A DNA stretch of 64,000 nucleotides from contig OZ320314.1 in assembly GCA_976226885.1 (NCBI GenBank), positions 100,316,001 to 100,380,000 on the forward strand. The letters are read 5' to 3'. The notes beneath the pieces were generated by a model. That model did no database searches. It was given only the letters and a program-made list of their open reading frames with translations, and had not been told where the DNA came from. Position 1 is the first letter of the stretch. Every line of letters begins with the position of its first letter. Positions 1 through 13,283 of this stretch are shown here, one piece after another. Origin of the DNA: Iphione sp. A-MEVVRFRX5. Taxonomy: Eukaryota. The position numbers and the translations under genes are program-made.

Positions 1-2381
1 TATAATACATGTTTAATAAAGTGCACTCTTAGATAAGAACATGCTAGTTTTTTTTCATATTGATTATTAGGGAAATGTAAATTGCAAATTGTACATTGTC
101 ATAGGCGATGGCGTGGATCTAATTCTTACAAGTTTCAAACAAATCCTCACAGCTTTATTTCCTCATGCGATTATAAGTATGGATACCCGCTACTTTGTAC
201 TTCAGTGTGGCCGACCATCGATGTGATTGTCAATGCGCATCTCTGCGAAAAGTGACAAAAAGTAACCGAATACACGTATTTGGCAATTAGAAGTTCAACG
301 TGTCCCAGAGATACAGCTTTGCCGGAAAACCCTACAGCGGATGGCCCCCCTCCTTCCTTTAGTATATCGGGTAGGAAATCAAGACGTCAAAGTACTTTTC
401 AAATAGAGATGGACATTAATATTTCATCATTTTATATTCTGTAGGAACTATGGGGTGGAAAACAGAGCCATTGACTTTCATTTGGTGGAAATTGATAAGA
501 CTAGAAAAACAGTATCCTATTTTAGATGATTAAAACAGAACGTTGAAACAATTACGCTTCTTGCCTTTTGCAACAAAAACCCAGTTTGTGGGCGTATAGC
601 AATCTGTATAGAGAGGTTAGAAGAAAGGTTAGAAGAAAGCGCGTTTTTTACATTGGTTTATTCTTACCTTCCACATTCGGCGGATCCGTGTTAATTAGGT
701 CTTTCATTGATATATGGAAGCTTGTGGCCACTCCGAATAGGAAAACAACGAGAAGGGCGCTCGCTAAGGTCATACTCAAACAGACCACCGACGGTGCTGA
801 CCGTTGGCGATGGAAACTGACTTGTGCCAAGGGGCAAACAATGCTTCTACAGTACTCTGTCAGACAGGTTTGGATAGTTCAAAGTAACAATGAGCGACTC
901 CGCACTGTTCGACCTTTGTTCGGGAGGAGCTGCTCGCTTCACAAAACGAGGCAGGCAACTGGCAGTTCACGCTGACCCTGTGTTTGCCGAGGTATGGTGC
1001 ATGGGTGACCTCACGGCAGCGCGATCGCCACGTGAATTTTATACGCCCGAGCGCGATCGTCTCGCCTCAACCGTCGGCCGTGCGTGCTTGTGATGAAAAC
1101 AGCGCGTTGGAGCGTTCAAGATGATGGAGCTTGAAAAGAAAGTGGCTGAACGTGTCCTTTTTTTCTCTCTCACATAAACTCGAACTTTTTTTCTCTAACT
1201 TTCTTTCGCAATCCTACTTTCCCTACAAATACTCCTTTACCGATGGTTATTTTTTTTCTGTGTCGCTCCCTCTCCACTCCTGCTGACTTAGTCCACCCGT
1301 GTATGCTGGCAACGGCGACTGTACTTGGTACCCTTGAAGACGTCTCAAGGTGAAAACGGAGGAAGAGTCGACGACTTGCGTCGCTGTCGAGGCCGCAGTG
1401 AAGACTGCCCAGTGCGCTCTGATGCACGAGAGAGGGCGCCTGACGGAATGCACAGAATGCGCGCGGACACTGGCCGAACGCAAGCAGTGAGTCTCTTAAT
1501 TTCGACTGCTTTCCTTTTATAGTCACCAACGCCCTCGCAAAACTGTCGCCATCAGGACCATTTGTTGCCCTGTACTGTCCGCCCGCTGAGAAACGTTCGC
1601 CGGATGAGGCCCACCACAGACGTCAGTAGTGTACTTCAAATGAGGTAACGTTACAAGGGGCGGGTAGACCATCACGGAGAGCGCATGCCGAGGAGTGTGG
1701 TTTGGCTGGAGTCGTGCAGCAGGGACGAGGAGGGATGGGGATGAGATGAGTGGAGTGAAGTGGTGTCGGACAATTTCGTACATTTATCCGACTGAATGCA
1801 ATTCGATTTCTACAGATATTTACTGTCGTAATCAAGAAAAAGAAGGTAAAAATGCCAAACAAAAACGCGGCAACACTTTTTGGGAAAGACCATTATTCTA
1901 TCTGCCTTTAATAGGGACACTTCTTAATTCAGGACAGTCTGGGAATGTACACAGGGCATCCTGTTTGGGGAATCTCCCGTGTAGACATTTAATTTGGCAA
2001 AAAGACAAAGGCAACAATGTTTATATAGTATACACGGAAACATGTTTCCTCGAAGGCAACAGGACACTACAGTGTTTATAATTTCGGACATTCGCTTCTT
2101 TATGACTCTTGTAATAAGATAAGATAATATGAAAAAATGACGTAGTCTTCAGCAGTATTTAGTATTTAAGATATTGCAATATTCAGTAAACAAGTTATTA
2201 CAGTACCCAGTTTTCAATTCTCTCCCGAAATACCTGTTTGTTCTCGTGTTTTCGCACCGTCTACTTTCAGTACGAAACGTTAATAACATTGAGGTGATTA
2301 ATAAGATCTTCGACTCATGAAATATATAATACATATATGAAGCTGACATCATGTGAAATAAACTAGCTAAGTCATCAGCTT

Positions 2382-2400
2382 TATATATATATATATATAT
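2382..2400. repeat. (TA)n microsatellite
   Basis: Uninterrupted TA dinucleotide run of about 10 units. Confidence 0.9.
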
Positions 2401-5400
2401 TCCTTGCCTAGATGAGGATGGGATGATATGTCTATCGCCTTCAGTTTTGGATTAATTTATCATCATTTCTTTCAAAATGTATTCCAGCTACTTTTCTTTG
2501 ATTAATTTTAGGACGAAAGGATTTATGACGCATTAATATAGAATCCTCCTCCGACAATAGTCCTTACCACAAGGTCTTGGTCACACAATCAATGACCTTA
2601 GGTAAATAAACAGCACAAATGCCCGGCCTTGTAATATTCTGCTTTTCCTGTTACCATGCATGATACATGCTGTATCATTTTTGCCAGTATATTGTATAGT
2701 AGTGTTACACATGACGTCCGTAGACTTTAGGTAAGTGATGTTTCACTTACTGAGACATATGTTCCAGTAAACATCGTGAATTCAGTCAAATTCAATACCT
2801 ACGGTTCTACATCATTTTGAATATTTTAACCAAATTTCTCGATGTCTTTAACATTAAAGACATTCAGTGACTATCATATTGCAACGGATTTCCGATAACC
2901 TACCTATGTATAGAACACCGGGTTGATCCCCTGGAATCTTGGATTAAATTTGCATCCTGCTCTTCTTTGAACATAATTTTCGTTGGGATCTTTCAAACCC
3001 GCGTTGTATATTACTATCAAATCAGTGCTGTGAGCAGTTAACTGATATCATTGAAGCCACTATTAACAATCAATATAACTATCATCTCAATATCAGTTCT
3101 CAGTGGAGTGGTGTTTGGTCTGACCCTTTTGCTGATTCCATTATGCTAAATTGACCTGACCATTAAGTTTGAGCACCTCGCTCACGTTGTGAGGCAATGC
3201 CAATAAGCTTGAGCAGCCCGTTGACCACAACCATTGGCCTTGTGTTATCTGCTCCTCTTTCGACTGTCAAGCTGAGTCACTCCTGCCACCAATAACCAAC
3301 GGAAAGCGACCCTACGTGGCCTTTAGCAGCAGTTCTCTGATATGTGATATATGGTGGTGAATCGGCGACCTCTTCATATAAATTGCCCCTTTCTCCAGCT
3401 GAAGCATTTGGTCGATTGGAATTGGAATATATCTATTTGAATTTAAGATGACAACATCTCCAGAAGATCTTCATTACTTCCTAGTTAGGTGGACTATACT
3501 CTTGTAGTATGCTAATGAAGCAGGCAATGTATCTCAAGGGATTAATGGTCAAGTCTTTAATACACATCGGGTTAACATCTCTGCATATATACGTTGTTAT
3601 GCAGCAAAAAGTATACAAAATGACATAAATTAAATATTACAACAGTGTGGATATTTGGTAACCACCTATAAATAAAAAGTAAGAGAGCATTCATGACAAA
3701 AAAGACGACTTTTACATAATCGAATGCATATCCCAACTTAGGCTCGAAGCTTTCTAGAAACAGAGCGTGACCTTCTTTAGGAGAGGAATGACTCTGTGCA
3801 TGTATATTCTAGTACACAGCTGAACATGCTTGACATATTTGACTATAGCTGAAAGTGTGTTTTTTTCCTGCTTAGAAAGCATTTACATTATGAAGGTCTG
3901 TCTGGACCTGTATGCAGAATAACAGATTATTTTGTCCAGAATTTCGTATGCCGATTTGTTGGTTCTTTATTGGAGTAGTCATTGACCCAATTTCTGTCCT
4001 CTAAAATGCATAATATAACCATATGAATATGTTATAATCAGCTGAGTACATTACCTCATATCTTCTGTTTCCATTGATACCTGAACACCGAAAGCAGGCA
4101 GCCAGACACACGCACCAACACACATACACACAATCCGTGTACATCTTTGTTTGGTGTTACAGTGGAATTATCCACGACGTTTTCCATTATACATTAGATT
4201 CAATGGACATCTGATACATTAAATTTCTAATAATCACTATTATCCCCCAAATGATAAATAATAGACACAAACTCACTTCGCTATCGTACTTGGATAACAA
4301 TTATGTAGGATATGATATGAATATTGACTTATTTTTAGGTCTATTCTCAGTTATGTGTGGCCATTCCAGATTGGAAAAATGATAAAAATAAATATATTAG
4401 AATATTAAAATGAATTCTACCAAGTAAAAGTACTGGCATTAAGTGAAGGTATTATAAAAAAGCATTCAACTTTTAACAGGAGAGAGACTCTAGGCATCTT
4501 TATTGATTATATTTTCTCATTGAAAAAGGCCATGTAACATACACTAGCATGATAGTATGAATTAGAGAGCTGCAATATGAGTATGTAACACCTATTACTA
4601 CCTAAAAATAATAATTCTGTCTAAAAGAAGATATCTGTAGATTAATTTTATGACAGAGTGTGATTGCTTATGGCAAATGTGATATATTTGGTAAGTTAAC
4701 CAAAATGAAGGTATTTTTTATCCATAAAGGTTGTTCATGTTCAATTAAAAGGTAAGTAGATCTCCCAGATTCAAAATCTCCCAGATTCATAAATTTCATT
4801 ATATTATCAAGACTATCATTGAATAAACACGTGTGAACACAAGTAATAAAGAAGAGAACTGTATTGATTTCTACAACTCGGTCGCACCTAAGAGGGGACA
4901 GAGCATAGCCACGTCTGAAGAATTGTATTGATTTCTAATAACATGGCAGGATTAGTGCCAAACCAACATTCTGGACTTGAATGTATGATGTATGTTACAC
5001 TCTGTCAATGGAATTCATTATTTTCTGTCTGCTTCCACTGTTATGATCTTATGATCACTGTTTGCTATCTTACTCACTAAGTCAACAAAAAATATCATAT
5101 ACAATGTAAAATTGTATTCCAACACAATATGAAGTTATGGTAGACTGTATGTACCATGTTAGTGAAGTTTTAATTTATATTCATGCTACTCAAATCCTAA
5201 CTACAGTCTGTAGTATGTTGAAAACACCCCAGCCAACACAGAAACGTTTTAAAAACGTGGTAAAAATGTTGCTAAAAACATTGTAAAAACATTGTAAATG
5301 AAAGTTTTTATAACGTTTTCCTAACTTGATTTAAAAACGTTTTTAGAACGTTTTCAAAAACGTTTTTCTAAATACATTTATAGAACATTTTGGAAAAGAA

Positions 5401-5410
5401 TGACCCACAG

Positions 5411-5488
5411 GTCTGAGGAGGGTTTGAACCTATCAATCCACACACTGAACTTTAAAGTCTAGCACCCTTATCCACTGGACCACTGCTC
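5411..5488 (-). other. tRNA-like Pol III cassette (A box/B box) inside MITE; not a functional tRNA
   Basis: Minus strand AGCAGTGGTCCAGTGGATAAGGGTGCTAGACTTTAAAGTTCAGTGTGTGGATTGATAGGTTCAAACCC: A-box-like TGGTCCAGTGG, B-box GGTTCAAACCC; anticodon and acceptor stems poorly paired. Confidence 0.7.
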
Positions 5489-5514
5489 TAGCTTTCTTCA
5501 GAACACTCCAGATG

Positions 5515-5719
5515 CTACCTGTATACTTGGTAGCCCTTCTGTCGCTTACAGACATCCCCACACCACCCCAGGGTCTACCTGTATACTTGGTTGCCCTCCT
5601 GTCGCTCACAGACATCCTCACACCACCCCAGGTGTTCCCTGTATACTTGGTAGCCCTTCTGTTGCTCACAGACATCCCCACACCACCCCAGGGTCTACCT
5701 GTATACTTGGTTGCCCTCC
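5515..5719. repeat. 60-bp minisatellite, about 3.4 units, with 120-bp higher-order alternation
   Basis: Unit CTACCTGTATACTTGGT(A/T)GCCCT(T/C)CTGTCGCT(T/C)ACAGACATCC(C/T)CACACCACCCCAGGGT at 5515, 5575, 5635, 5695; units 1 and 3 share TAGCCCTTC, units 2 and 4 share TTGCCCTCC. Confidence 0.95.
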
Positions 5720-6169
5720 CAAATAAAAACGTTCTTAAAACGTTGTAAAATGGTTACAAATGTACCCAAATAAAAACATTCTCAAAATGTTGTAAAATGG
5801 TTGCAAATGTTGTACCCCCCCAAAAAAGTTCTTAAAACGTTGCAAAATGGTTGTAAACGTTATAACCAAATGAAAATGTTATAAATCGTTTTTAGAACGT
5901 TTTGTGCTAGCTGGGACATGTCCAGTGGTATCCAAAGTGATCTATTCAAATGCCTTGCATTCAATTAATTGATCTGAAATTCAGTTGCTGGTATATTTGC
6001 TAAATATGAATGCTACAGGTTGGAGTATCACATCTGTTACATGTCTGACATATGTTAAATGTATATGCTACCCAAGTGACCAGCAGATAAATTTTGTATT
6101 GCAAAGTGCAATACAATAGTAACAGTGGTAAAATGGCCATGAAATTCACAAAATATCGTTGCTTTGATC

Positions 6170-8460
6170 AATGTTCACTTGGAAATATGACACCTGTATT
6201 TTTTCCAATGTCTCTGAAGATATTTCAAGGATGCACTTATTCTTGGCATTTTGTGTTGGAGGAGGCATGACCATGAGGATCTTGTCCAAACTTCTCCAGA
6301 GGATATCATGATGTTTTGGCCATTTAAATTCCTTCAGATTTTTCTTGTTAGCAGCTTGAGGAAAACATACAAGGTACTAATTTTCAAAGTTGTCAGTCTG
6401 CATGATGTTGCCTAGGTACCAGGATCCTTCATACACTGCAGCAACCCAGTCTCCATCCGTGACGTCATCAAACTGGAGATGTGTTGTCTGGTTGAAGGTG
6501 AGAATCTCTGGCTCAGATCCCACTTCAACTATTCTCCACCCAGAGCATTGCATAGGAAGAGACCCAGACACATGGTAGCAGCACTCAGGATTGAAGAAGG
6601 ATGTATCCCTGACCGCAATCTTCCCTGGAGAATAGTACATGGCACAGTTGATATGTAAGGTGCCCTTAACTTGTATGCACACCATTTCATTCAGTGTTTT
6701 CTTTGATGTTTCAATATCCATGGTAGTATACATGACAAAACTGATAGACCTTCCTTTTCTGGATGTGGCCCAGTTGAAGAGGTCTTGGACATATTGGATA
6801 ACCACTTTGGTTTTGTGGACAGCCTCTGAAGCTTGTCTTTTAAGGACTCCATCAAGTCCATCACATGGGCCTTTGCCATGCCCAGACTCAAAATAAGACC
6901 ATGAGCATCTTAGACCAAAGAGTGAAGGATGGTTCACAATGACATGAAATATTAGCCTGTTTCTATACTGGCTGACAGGGCTGTCAGTCAGATAGTGGAT
7001 GATAGGAACTTCAGGAAACTGGCTTCTAATGATGCTGTTCACCTTGCTGATTATTGTGAACACCGGAGAGGTGTTATGGGTTGTGTCTCCAGATAAGGAG
7101 ATGTATGAGAGATGTTGAAGGTCACCATGTTCATCTCAGTAGTAAATCACTGTAGGATGTATGGAGACCTGAGTCTGTGCCCAGTAAGTACTCTGTGCTT
7201 CTTCCAATGATTTACATACCATATTTTCGCTAAAGTCCATATGGATGATTACTTCACTTGATGAGATGTGCTGCTTCAGCCTTCTTACTGCCTAGTACTG
7301 AGCATGTATGTAATGGACATGAATCCTGAACTTTTTTAAGTCTTCTCTCAGTAAGCTGAGGAAGTCACTCTTCTTGGTAGTGACACTGATACATTTCACT
7401 TGAGTTTTCCCATCACTGTCCACATTCTTCCAGATGTGATGATTCAATTCATCATTGCTGAGGATGTCTGTGGCTTTGTCAATGATTTCTTCATCCTGCT
7501 TTTCTTGTATACACCAGTCTGGACTACCATAAATCTTTGCAGCTCGTAATAGCAAAGTGAGATTTTGATGGTAAATGCAGAGACAGGTTTGTCTTGAAAT
7601 GAATCATGTCAGCTTGATATGCTTCGGACGAATCCTGCAGAACACACTCAAGCTAGTCTTATTCTCCAGAGATTCTGATTGGAACTTCAGCCAGGTACAT
7701 TATTTTGCAAGCAATCTGTTAAACATCTATTTTGTTTTTTGCCTTCATCCTTCACTTTCGTTGCATCTATTTTTCCAGACATGATGCGGCTCACATCATC
7801 CCTCTCATAGAAATCCTCTATGAGCCTGCACAAATGGGACCTGACCTGTGGCAGTCTCTTCTTTGATGTCACTGTTTCCCTGGAGATCTTGTTTCTATTT
7901 AAGGAACTCTCTCTCCCTAGATGTCATAGGAGCCGGTATTTTTGGGTGATTTGGCCAGATAACAGTGTTTGCAGATCATCTTTCTTCACAGCTCCTCTCT
8001 CAGTTGCCCTCTCTCTTAGTTGGGTCAGGAGAGCATTGTGAGCAATCAACTTCTTGATGGATGCATGTTTTCCAGGGACAAAACCTGCAGCCAACAATTC
8101 TCTTACAGCCTTGGAGTGAGGAGACTGGGAATTGGTTGTCATCAGTGGGGTTGACTTGATGTGTTACACCTTCTTTTGTAGGTGCCATGTCTTCTTCTGC
8201 AAGTTACTCTTCATTTCTCTGAGTGCTTCAATTTCCTTGTGGGCACAAGACAATGCCCTGCTAATCTGTTTTCTGCTTCTCACTTTCCCATCACTTTCTG
8301 TCTTAGAGTCAAACTTCACTTGAAGCTTCTTCTCAGTGACAGACCTCGTACAGTGCTGAGGTTCTGGAGTATCTTCAACAGTGGGACTGTCTTCTTCCTT
8401 TAACCTCTTACATGCATAACCCTCTGTCTAACCTGTTCACATCTTGTCTTCCCCTCTGAT
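6170..8460 (-). pseudogene. Transposase pseudogene (Sola2-like DDE/D), multiple stops and frameshifts
   Basis: Minus-strand fragments: IEDFYERDDVSRIMSGK; IHMDFSENMVCKSLEEAQSTYWAQTQVSIHPTVIYY; YLTDSPVSQYRNR; WSYFESGHGKGPCDGLDGVLKR; C-terminal WVAAVYEGSWYLG and FKWPKHHDILW (past an in-frame TAG at 6377). The DFxEN / SQY(R/K)N / HGKGPCDG motif set is recalled as typical of Sola2 transposases; family assignment not verified by search. Confidence 0.8.
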
Positions 8461-8467
8461 TTACTTA

Positions 8468-8765
8468 GCACATAATGTGCCCACAGGCTACATTTAACAT
8501 CATAATGTATCACTATGGGACAGAGTCATAATCATTATAATTATGACATCATTATGACTCACTATGACATAAACATTATGAGGTTAGAGGGCCAATGCAG
8601 GGACACCTGGCTAACAATTTTCAATTATAAGATATGTGAGCATATAATGTGCCCAGAGACTGCATTTAACATCATAATGTTTCACTATGAGAAGTCATTA
8701 TCATTATAATTATGAAATCATTATGACTCACTATGACATGATCATTATGACTCACTATAACATAA
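8468..8765. repeat. Imperfect tandem duplication (period about 170 bp) with internal CATTATGACTCACTATGACAT repeats
   Basis: CATAATGTGCCCA...CATTTAACATCATAATGT...ATCATTATAATTATGA...CATTATGACTCACTATGACAT occurs at about 8470-8575 and 8640-8765, upstream of the transposase inside the Sola-like element. Confidence 0.85.
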
Positions 8766-11700
8766 GCAGTTGTGAATGGAATCATTCAGCATTGGTTTTT
8801 AAGTATTATTTTAATGTCTTAGGAAATAACAGCATTTGGATTTGGGACTGACCTGATACCTAAACTGCATACAGGTGATGCCACATATGAGTCTGTGTGT
8901 CCACACTGACCTATATTATATCAATAACAAAAACAGAACTGGACAGTCCAGTTTGCCCACAGTTAAAATCTGAATTTGTAAAACAATAACAAGAATAATA
9001 TACCATCTATATTAATACATCAATTTATATATCATTAAATTACATTTTGTATGTAGAATCCATTTATGATACATTCATTCCCCTACAACAATTTTCAGCC
9101 TCGTAATCATGGTGAAAACACAAAAGACATGAAATATCTGGAAAGGCCACACTTAACTGGGAATCTACCTTTAAAGGGATGTTGGTATTGGTGCTTTGTC
9201 AGAGTCTGATATGGCATGAGCAAATTCATGTTGTCAATTTGGCTTGATAGAGAATATCAGTGATATGCATTTTGACAATAAAGAATGTTCATGCAGCAAT
9301 CTGGTTCACTCCACATCCACAATAGGTTAGGTCTTTTTTATTGAATGAGAAATCTTCCCCTATATAATACATCTGCTGCCCAGACAGCTTTCATAACAGA
9401 GACATGGTATTTCACAATGCACCAAACATGATATTTTACAATGCAACCCATACTGTGTAAGGTTGATATGGTAACGCCTACTGCAGCCTGGATGCTGGAG
9501 TGCCAGAGCATCAACATTTACTGGAGTACCAGATCAGAGAACACCGGATCCAAATTTGCCAGACCACCTAATGCTGGGCGGGGCGTAACACTCCATTTAG
9601 CATTATTATATACCTTTGAAGTGGGAGTCACACTTGCAATTGTCCATTTGTAAAGTATAATGATTTAAGGTAAAATAAGCTGAAATGCATTCTCTTCGTT
9701 CATAGAACAAAGCTTGAACCTATATAACCTCAACTATCAATACCGGAAAAGAAGATGTTGATGCATTCAGCAATCCCAAAGAGAGTAATCAACATTTCGA
9801 GTAGATAATCGTTTCATGTGAAATATGAATCGTGTTCCTTTAGGACACACATTTTGCATCACGAATATGCTTGTTACTATATACACTGCTTTTTTGCAGA
9901 GGAAAACTAAGAAATGTATAGTAGGATTTGCTGTCAACAGGTCGCACCTCATGCGTGAATTAAATTGTGTATCAAGTTGAAAACAGCTTTTCTTTTAATC
10001 AACAATTTTCATGCATTTTATGAACTTGTCTGGATTTATTTCATTTCGAAATGGTGCATATTCAGAAATAATTAATTTTGTCATACAATAATGTACCAAG
10101 TTTAAATTATTCAATTATGTCCTCTTATTTACTTGCATCAACTTAGATGCCCTATGTATTTGAGGTCAGCAGAATTTTTCAGCCGTATCCCCAAACGTTT
10201 GTTATATAAACGGAAAATAACAAACGGAAATGACAAATATCTCTGTGGGATCATATTTGTCGGGGTTATAAGTCAGCGAGAGTAAACGTTGCTAGCTGTG
10301 TGTGAGCTGAATCGGATACTTGCGTTGACCTCGCAGTCATATTAGTCCTATGCATGTCGTGATATGTCCAAAATATGATCTTTAGTGGAATGTATAAATC
10401 AATGTAAAAATTCCTGTCAATAATCTTGCCTTGCACAGGTGAAATAATGTTTTTTAATAATATCCCTACAAAATGTACTAGGTGGCTACAAGAAATTCCT
10501 TCCTTTTAAAACAGCTTCATGGCATGTGTAATATATTTATTTGTATGAATGAACTAGAGACATTATTGATTGTATAATAGAGGCTTTGTTAAGGACAACA
10601 ATACCAACTATCTATGCCCCGGTTTAAACCTATCAATAAAGACCTCAAATAGGACACTGGTGACTACGGGTCTATATCATTTCTATGAAATGGTCTGCTT
10701 TGAGTTTGAATTTGCAATGCAAAGTAACTTTGAAATGGTACCAGCATGAGGGAGAAAAAGTATGAAAGCATTTCATCACGCAACCGGGATTCTTCCAATT
10801 GATACTAAGTTGCATATTTAACGGCAACTTGCTTTACATTTTCGAAAGATTTTCTTAGAAAAACGTTGCAGTGACAGAAGGTGAGCGGTTCTTGTCTCAG
10901 GCTCTTAGGCATGGATGCACAATAAACGCTGCATTGATTACAGCATTTCCAGTGTTCCAATCACACGTCTTGACAATATTGTTACCAATACAGTTCTATA
11001 ATTCCTGTATCATATGCATCTACGCAATGATACAACTAATTTTATTATTGCTAATCTTCATTGCAATTACTGGTCCCTCATTGACTAGAACTGTATCATT
11101 ATTCGATAGTATTGTACCCTTATGTAATAGCTTGAGAGGTTAATCCTATACAAATAACTTATTTTGAAGGGGAAAAATCGAGAATTCAGAGTATAGCAGA
11201 GTATAGGTTTGAAATTACTCTGAACATTTGACATTGGATCCGCTTGGTAAAAGCGTTTTGGGAAATTTTGATTTTCATTTCATTTCACCGTTGACATATA
11301 CATGTTTAATTTGTTCTTAGATAGGGAAACTCTGCAGAGTGGGCGGCCTTGTGACTCATGTAACAGGCCTGAAGCTAAAGTTATTCATTCCGAATGTTGC
11401 AGAATAAAACACTTGACGTCTTCATCAGTATGTATTTTAAACATCGTAAATGATTGTTACGATTTAACTCCCGCTTTTCGGAAACTGCGCCCTGTTTGTG
11501 CAATTCGAAGGTTGTTTTTCTGTGGTGGCATGTAAACGCATTCTATATCCGAACACATATGTCTTTTCCTAAGGCTTCTAACACGTTCTGGTCTCCTTTT
11601 TTTCAATCATTCATTTTGGTGTGCCCGGCGGAGGCGGAGCAGTCGAATCATGCCCACACACCGCCGTATAATCACACCCTAATGCCATCATTAGTGGCGC

Positions 11701-12716
11701 CCTGTGTTGACGATATTGACGGGAGATCAATCTCCCGATGTACATTATTTGCCACCTTAGCAAAGTGTTATCCTTCAATGTTTCGCGCCATGTTTCCCTG
11801 TAGAATACAATCGGGGGAGGGCCGTGGGTATTGGTTTGAACATGCAGTGTTGAGCCATGTTACTAGGGCGGCACACCACAGCAGAGTTGTCTGGCTTTAA
11901 TGGTTCCTGGTTTGTTGGTTTGGACAATGTGCCGTATGAATGTACAATACAGAGTCAAACATGTAGGGGCACTTACCTTTTTTTGACTGTACCATTAGAG
12001 GGTTCGAATTTCTACAGTCCGCTCTCTGCAATGTGGACTCGCATTACATGTCCCTAAATGAGGAAAATGTCCCATATTTCTAACATGCTGTGAAAACATA
12101 CAATAGAGGGAGGCATAACAGTTTGCCCCAAACGATAAATCTACCCGACAAAAAGCCTGCACGTTCTTTTAATCGACATTTCTATCTTTCCAACATCTGA
12201 TGAAGAAGCATTCTATAATGTACACACCTCTCCGTACATTTTGACTTAAAGAACCTTAGTTTTGCTTAGGGGACAAGGAGGAACATCTCTCCGAGTTTAT
12301 GATTGGATATGCAAGGATTTCGTATTGAAAAATACCGTAAACCCTTCCTTCTCATTCATCAGTTAAGGTACAACAAATACTGAAATAACAATGTTGTGTC
12401 CGATGCGCCCTACGAGTCAAAACATCAAGCCTCCCCACGAAACATTTTTGAACCTCAAGGACTTGCTAGTGAATTCTGCTGTAAAATGAGACCATCCTAG
12501 GGTGTAAACTATTTTAGACAACCATTGAGGACGTAGTTCTAAATTAGGTAGGGCCGTAGAACTCTAATACAATATGTGGAGATAAACACACTGTTATACA
12601 TACGCATACATATACATATACAGGACCAGCAAGGAATAAAAATGCTGAAGTCAATATGTGTTTAGCTGAAGTAAGTAAAATATTACTAACCACAAAGGGT
12701 TGGATAATGGAATTAA

Positions 12717-13283
12717 TGCTGCATTTCCTTAGCAGCCTATTTTCACTGCTGTATTGCAAGACTGTATTTTAACAGCCATATTCGCCCGTTTTCATAGTGA
12801 GAGTAGGTCATCTGCACTGTATTTCATGGCCATATAAGCAGCAAATACAGCCAAGTATTGGCAAATTTCATCTCAATTTGACTGTAAAGCAGCAAAGTCT
12901 ATGTAACATTGGCTGAAATATGGTGGAAAATGGCAAATTTCATGGAAATTCAGCCAATAAATTGCAAAAATGATGAAAATTTAACCGACAAATGAGAAAC
13001 CTTATGAGACGTGAGGAAAAATGTGAAAAGAGCATATATGTTGTTTTCGGCACGAAACATAGCAAACAAGACTGTTTCAATCTCACTTTTCCCATACTGC
13101 TGGGGGAAACACCACCATACTTCTGTGAAAATTGGGAACTTTTCCATACTGGAAACACAGTCCCACACATATGGAATCATTGTCGTTTTTCCAAATTTTT
13201 AGGAAAATCTCTAGGTAACAAGCATAGGTAAAAAGAATTCCAGAAATATGGCTATGAAAACACCTGCCAAAGGAAATGCAGCC
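12717..13283. mobile_element. 567-bp non-autonomous TIR element with TTAA target duplication (Kolobok-like or other TTAA-type MITE)
   Basis: TTAA (12713-12716) + TGCTGCATTTCCTTAGCAG at left; reverse complement of right end GGCTGCATTTCCTTTGGCAG followed by TTAA (13284-13287); inner inverted motif CAGCCATATT/AATATGGCT; no coding capacity. Confidence 0.7.

Larger units (their letters stand above)
5228..5915 (-). mobile_element. 688-bp non-autonomous TIR element (CCC...GGG, 2-bp TSD AC; CACTA/EnSpm-like MITE) nested in the Sola-like element
   Basis: Left end CCCAGCCAACACAGAAACGTTTTAAAAACG; right end reverse complement CCCAGCTAGCACAAAACGTTCTAAAAACG; AC at 5226-5227 and 5916-5917; arms built of AAAACGTT/AAAATGTT subterminal repeats. 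Confidence 0.85.
4338..9169 (-). mobile_element. Decayed DDE DNA transposon, Sola2-like, about 4.8 kb including a nested MITE
   Basis: 34-bp TIRs: 4338-4371 GGTCTATTCTCAGTTATGTGTGGCCATTCCAGAT vs reverse complement of 9136-9169 GGTAGATTCCCAGTTAAGTGTGGCCTTTCCAGAT (29/34 identical); TTTA directly flanks both ends (4334-4337, 9170-9173). Encloses a fragmented transposase on the minus strand. Confidence 0.75.

Noticed and set aside
850-1680. Plus-strand exon chain (donors at about 991, 1487 and 1672; acceptors at about 1290 and 1522) with CpG-rich promoter-like context
   Set aside because: Splice signals are plausible, but one intron would be only 36 nt, no frame gives a recognisable protein, and several mutually exclusive readings exist.
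2400-3300. Penelope GIY-YIG or SGNH-hydrolase remnant (e.g. IVILIVNSGFNDIS on minus strand)
   Set aside because: Only a few residues of resemblance amid many stops; no supporting motifs.
5515-5719. CRISPR-like array
   Set aside because: Units are contiguous 60-bp copies with no unique spacers and no cas genes; eukaryotic context.
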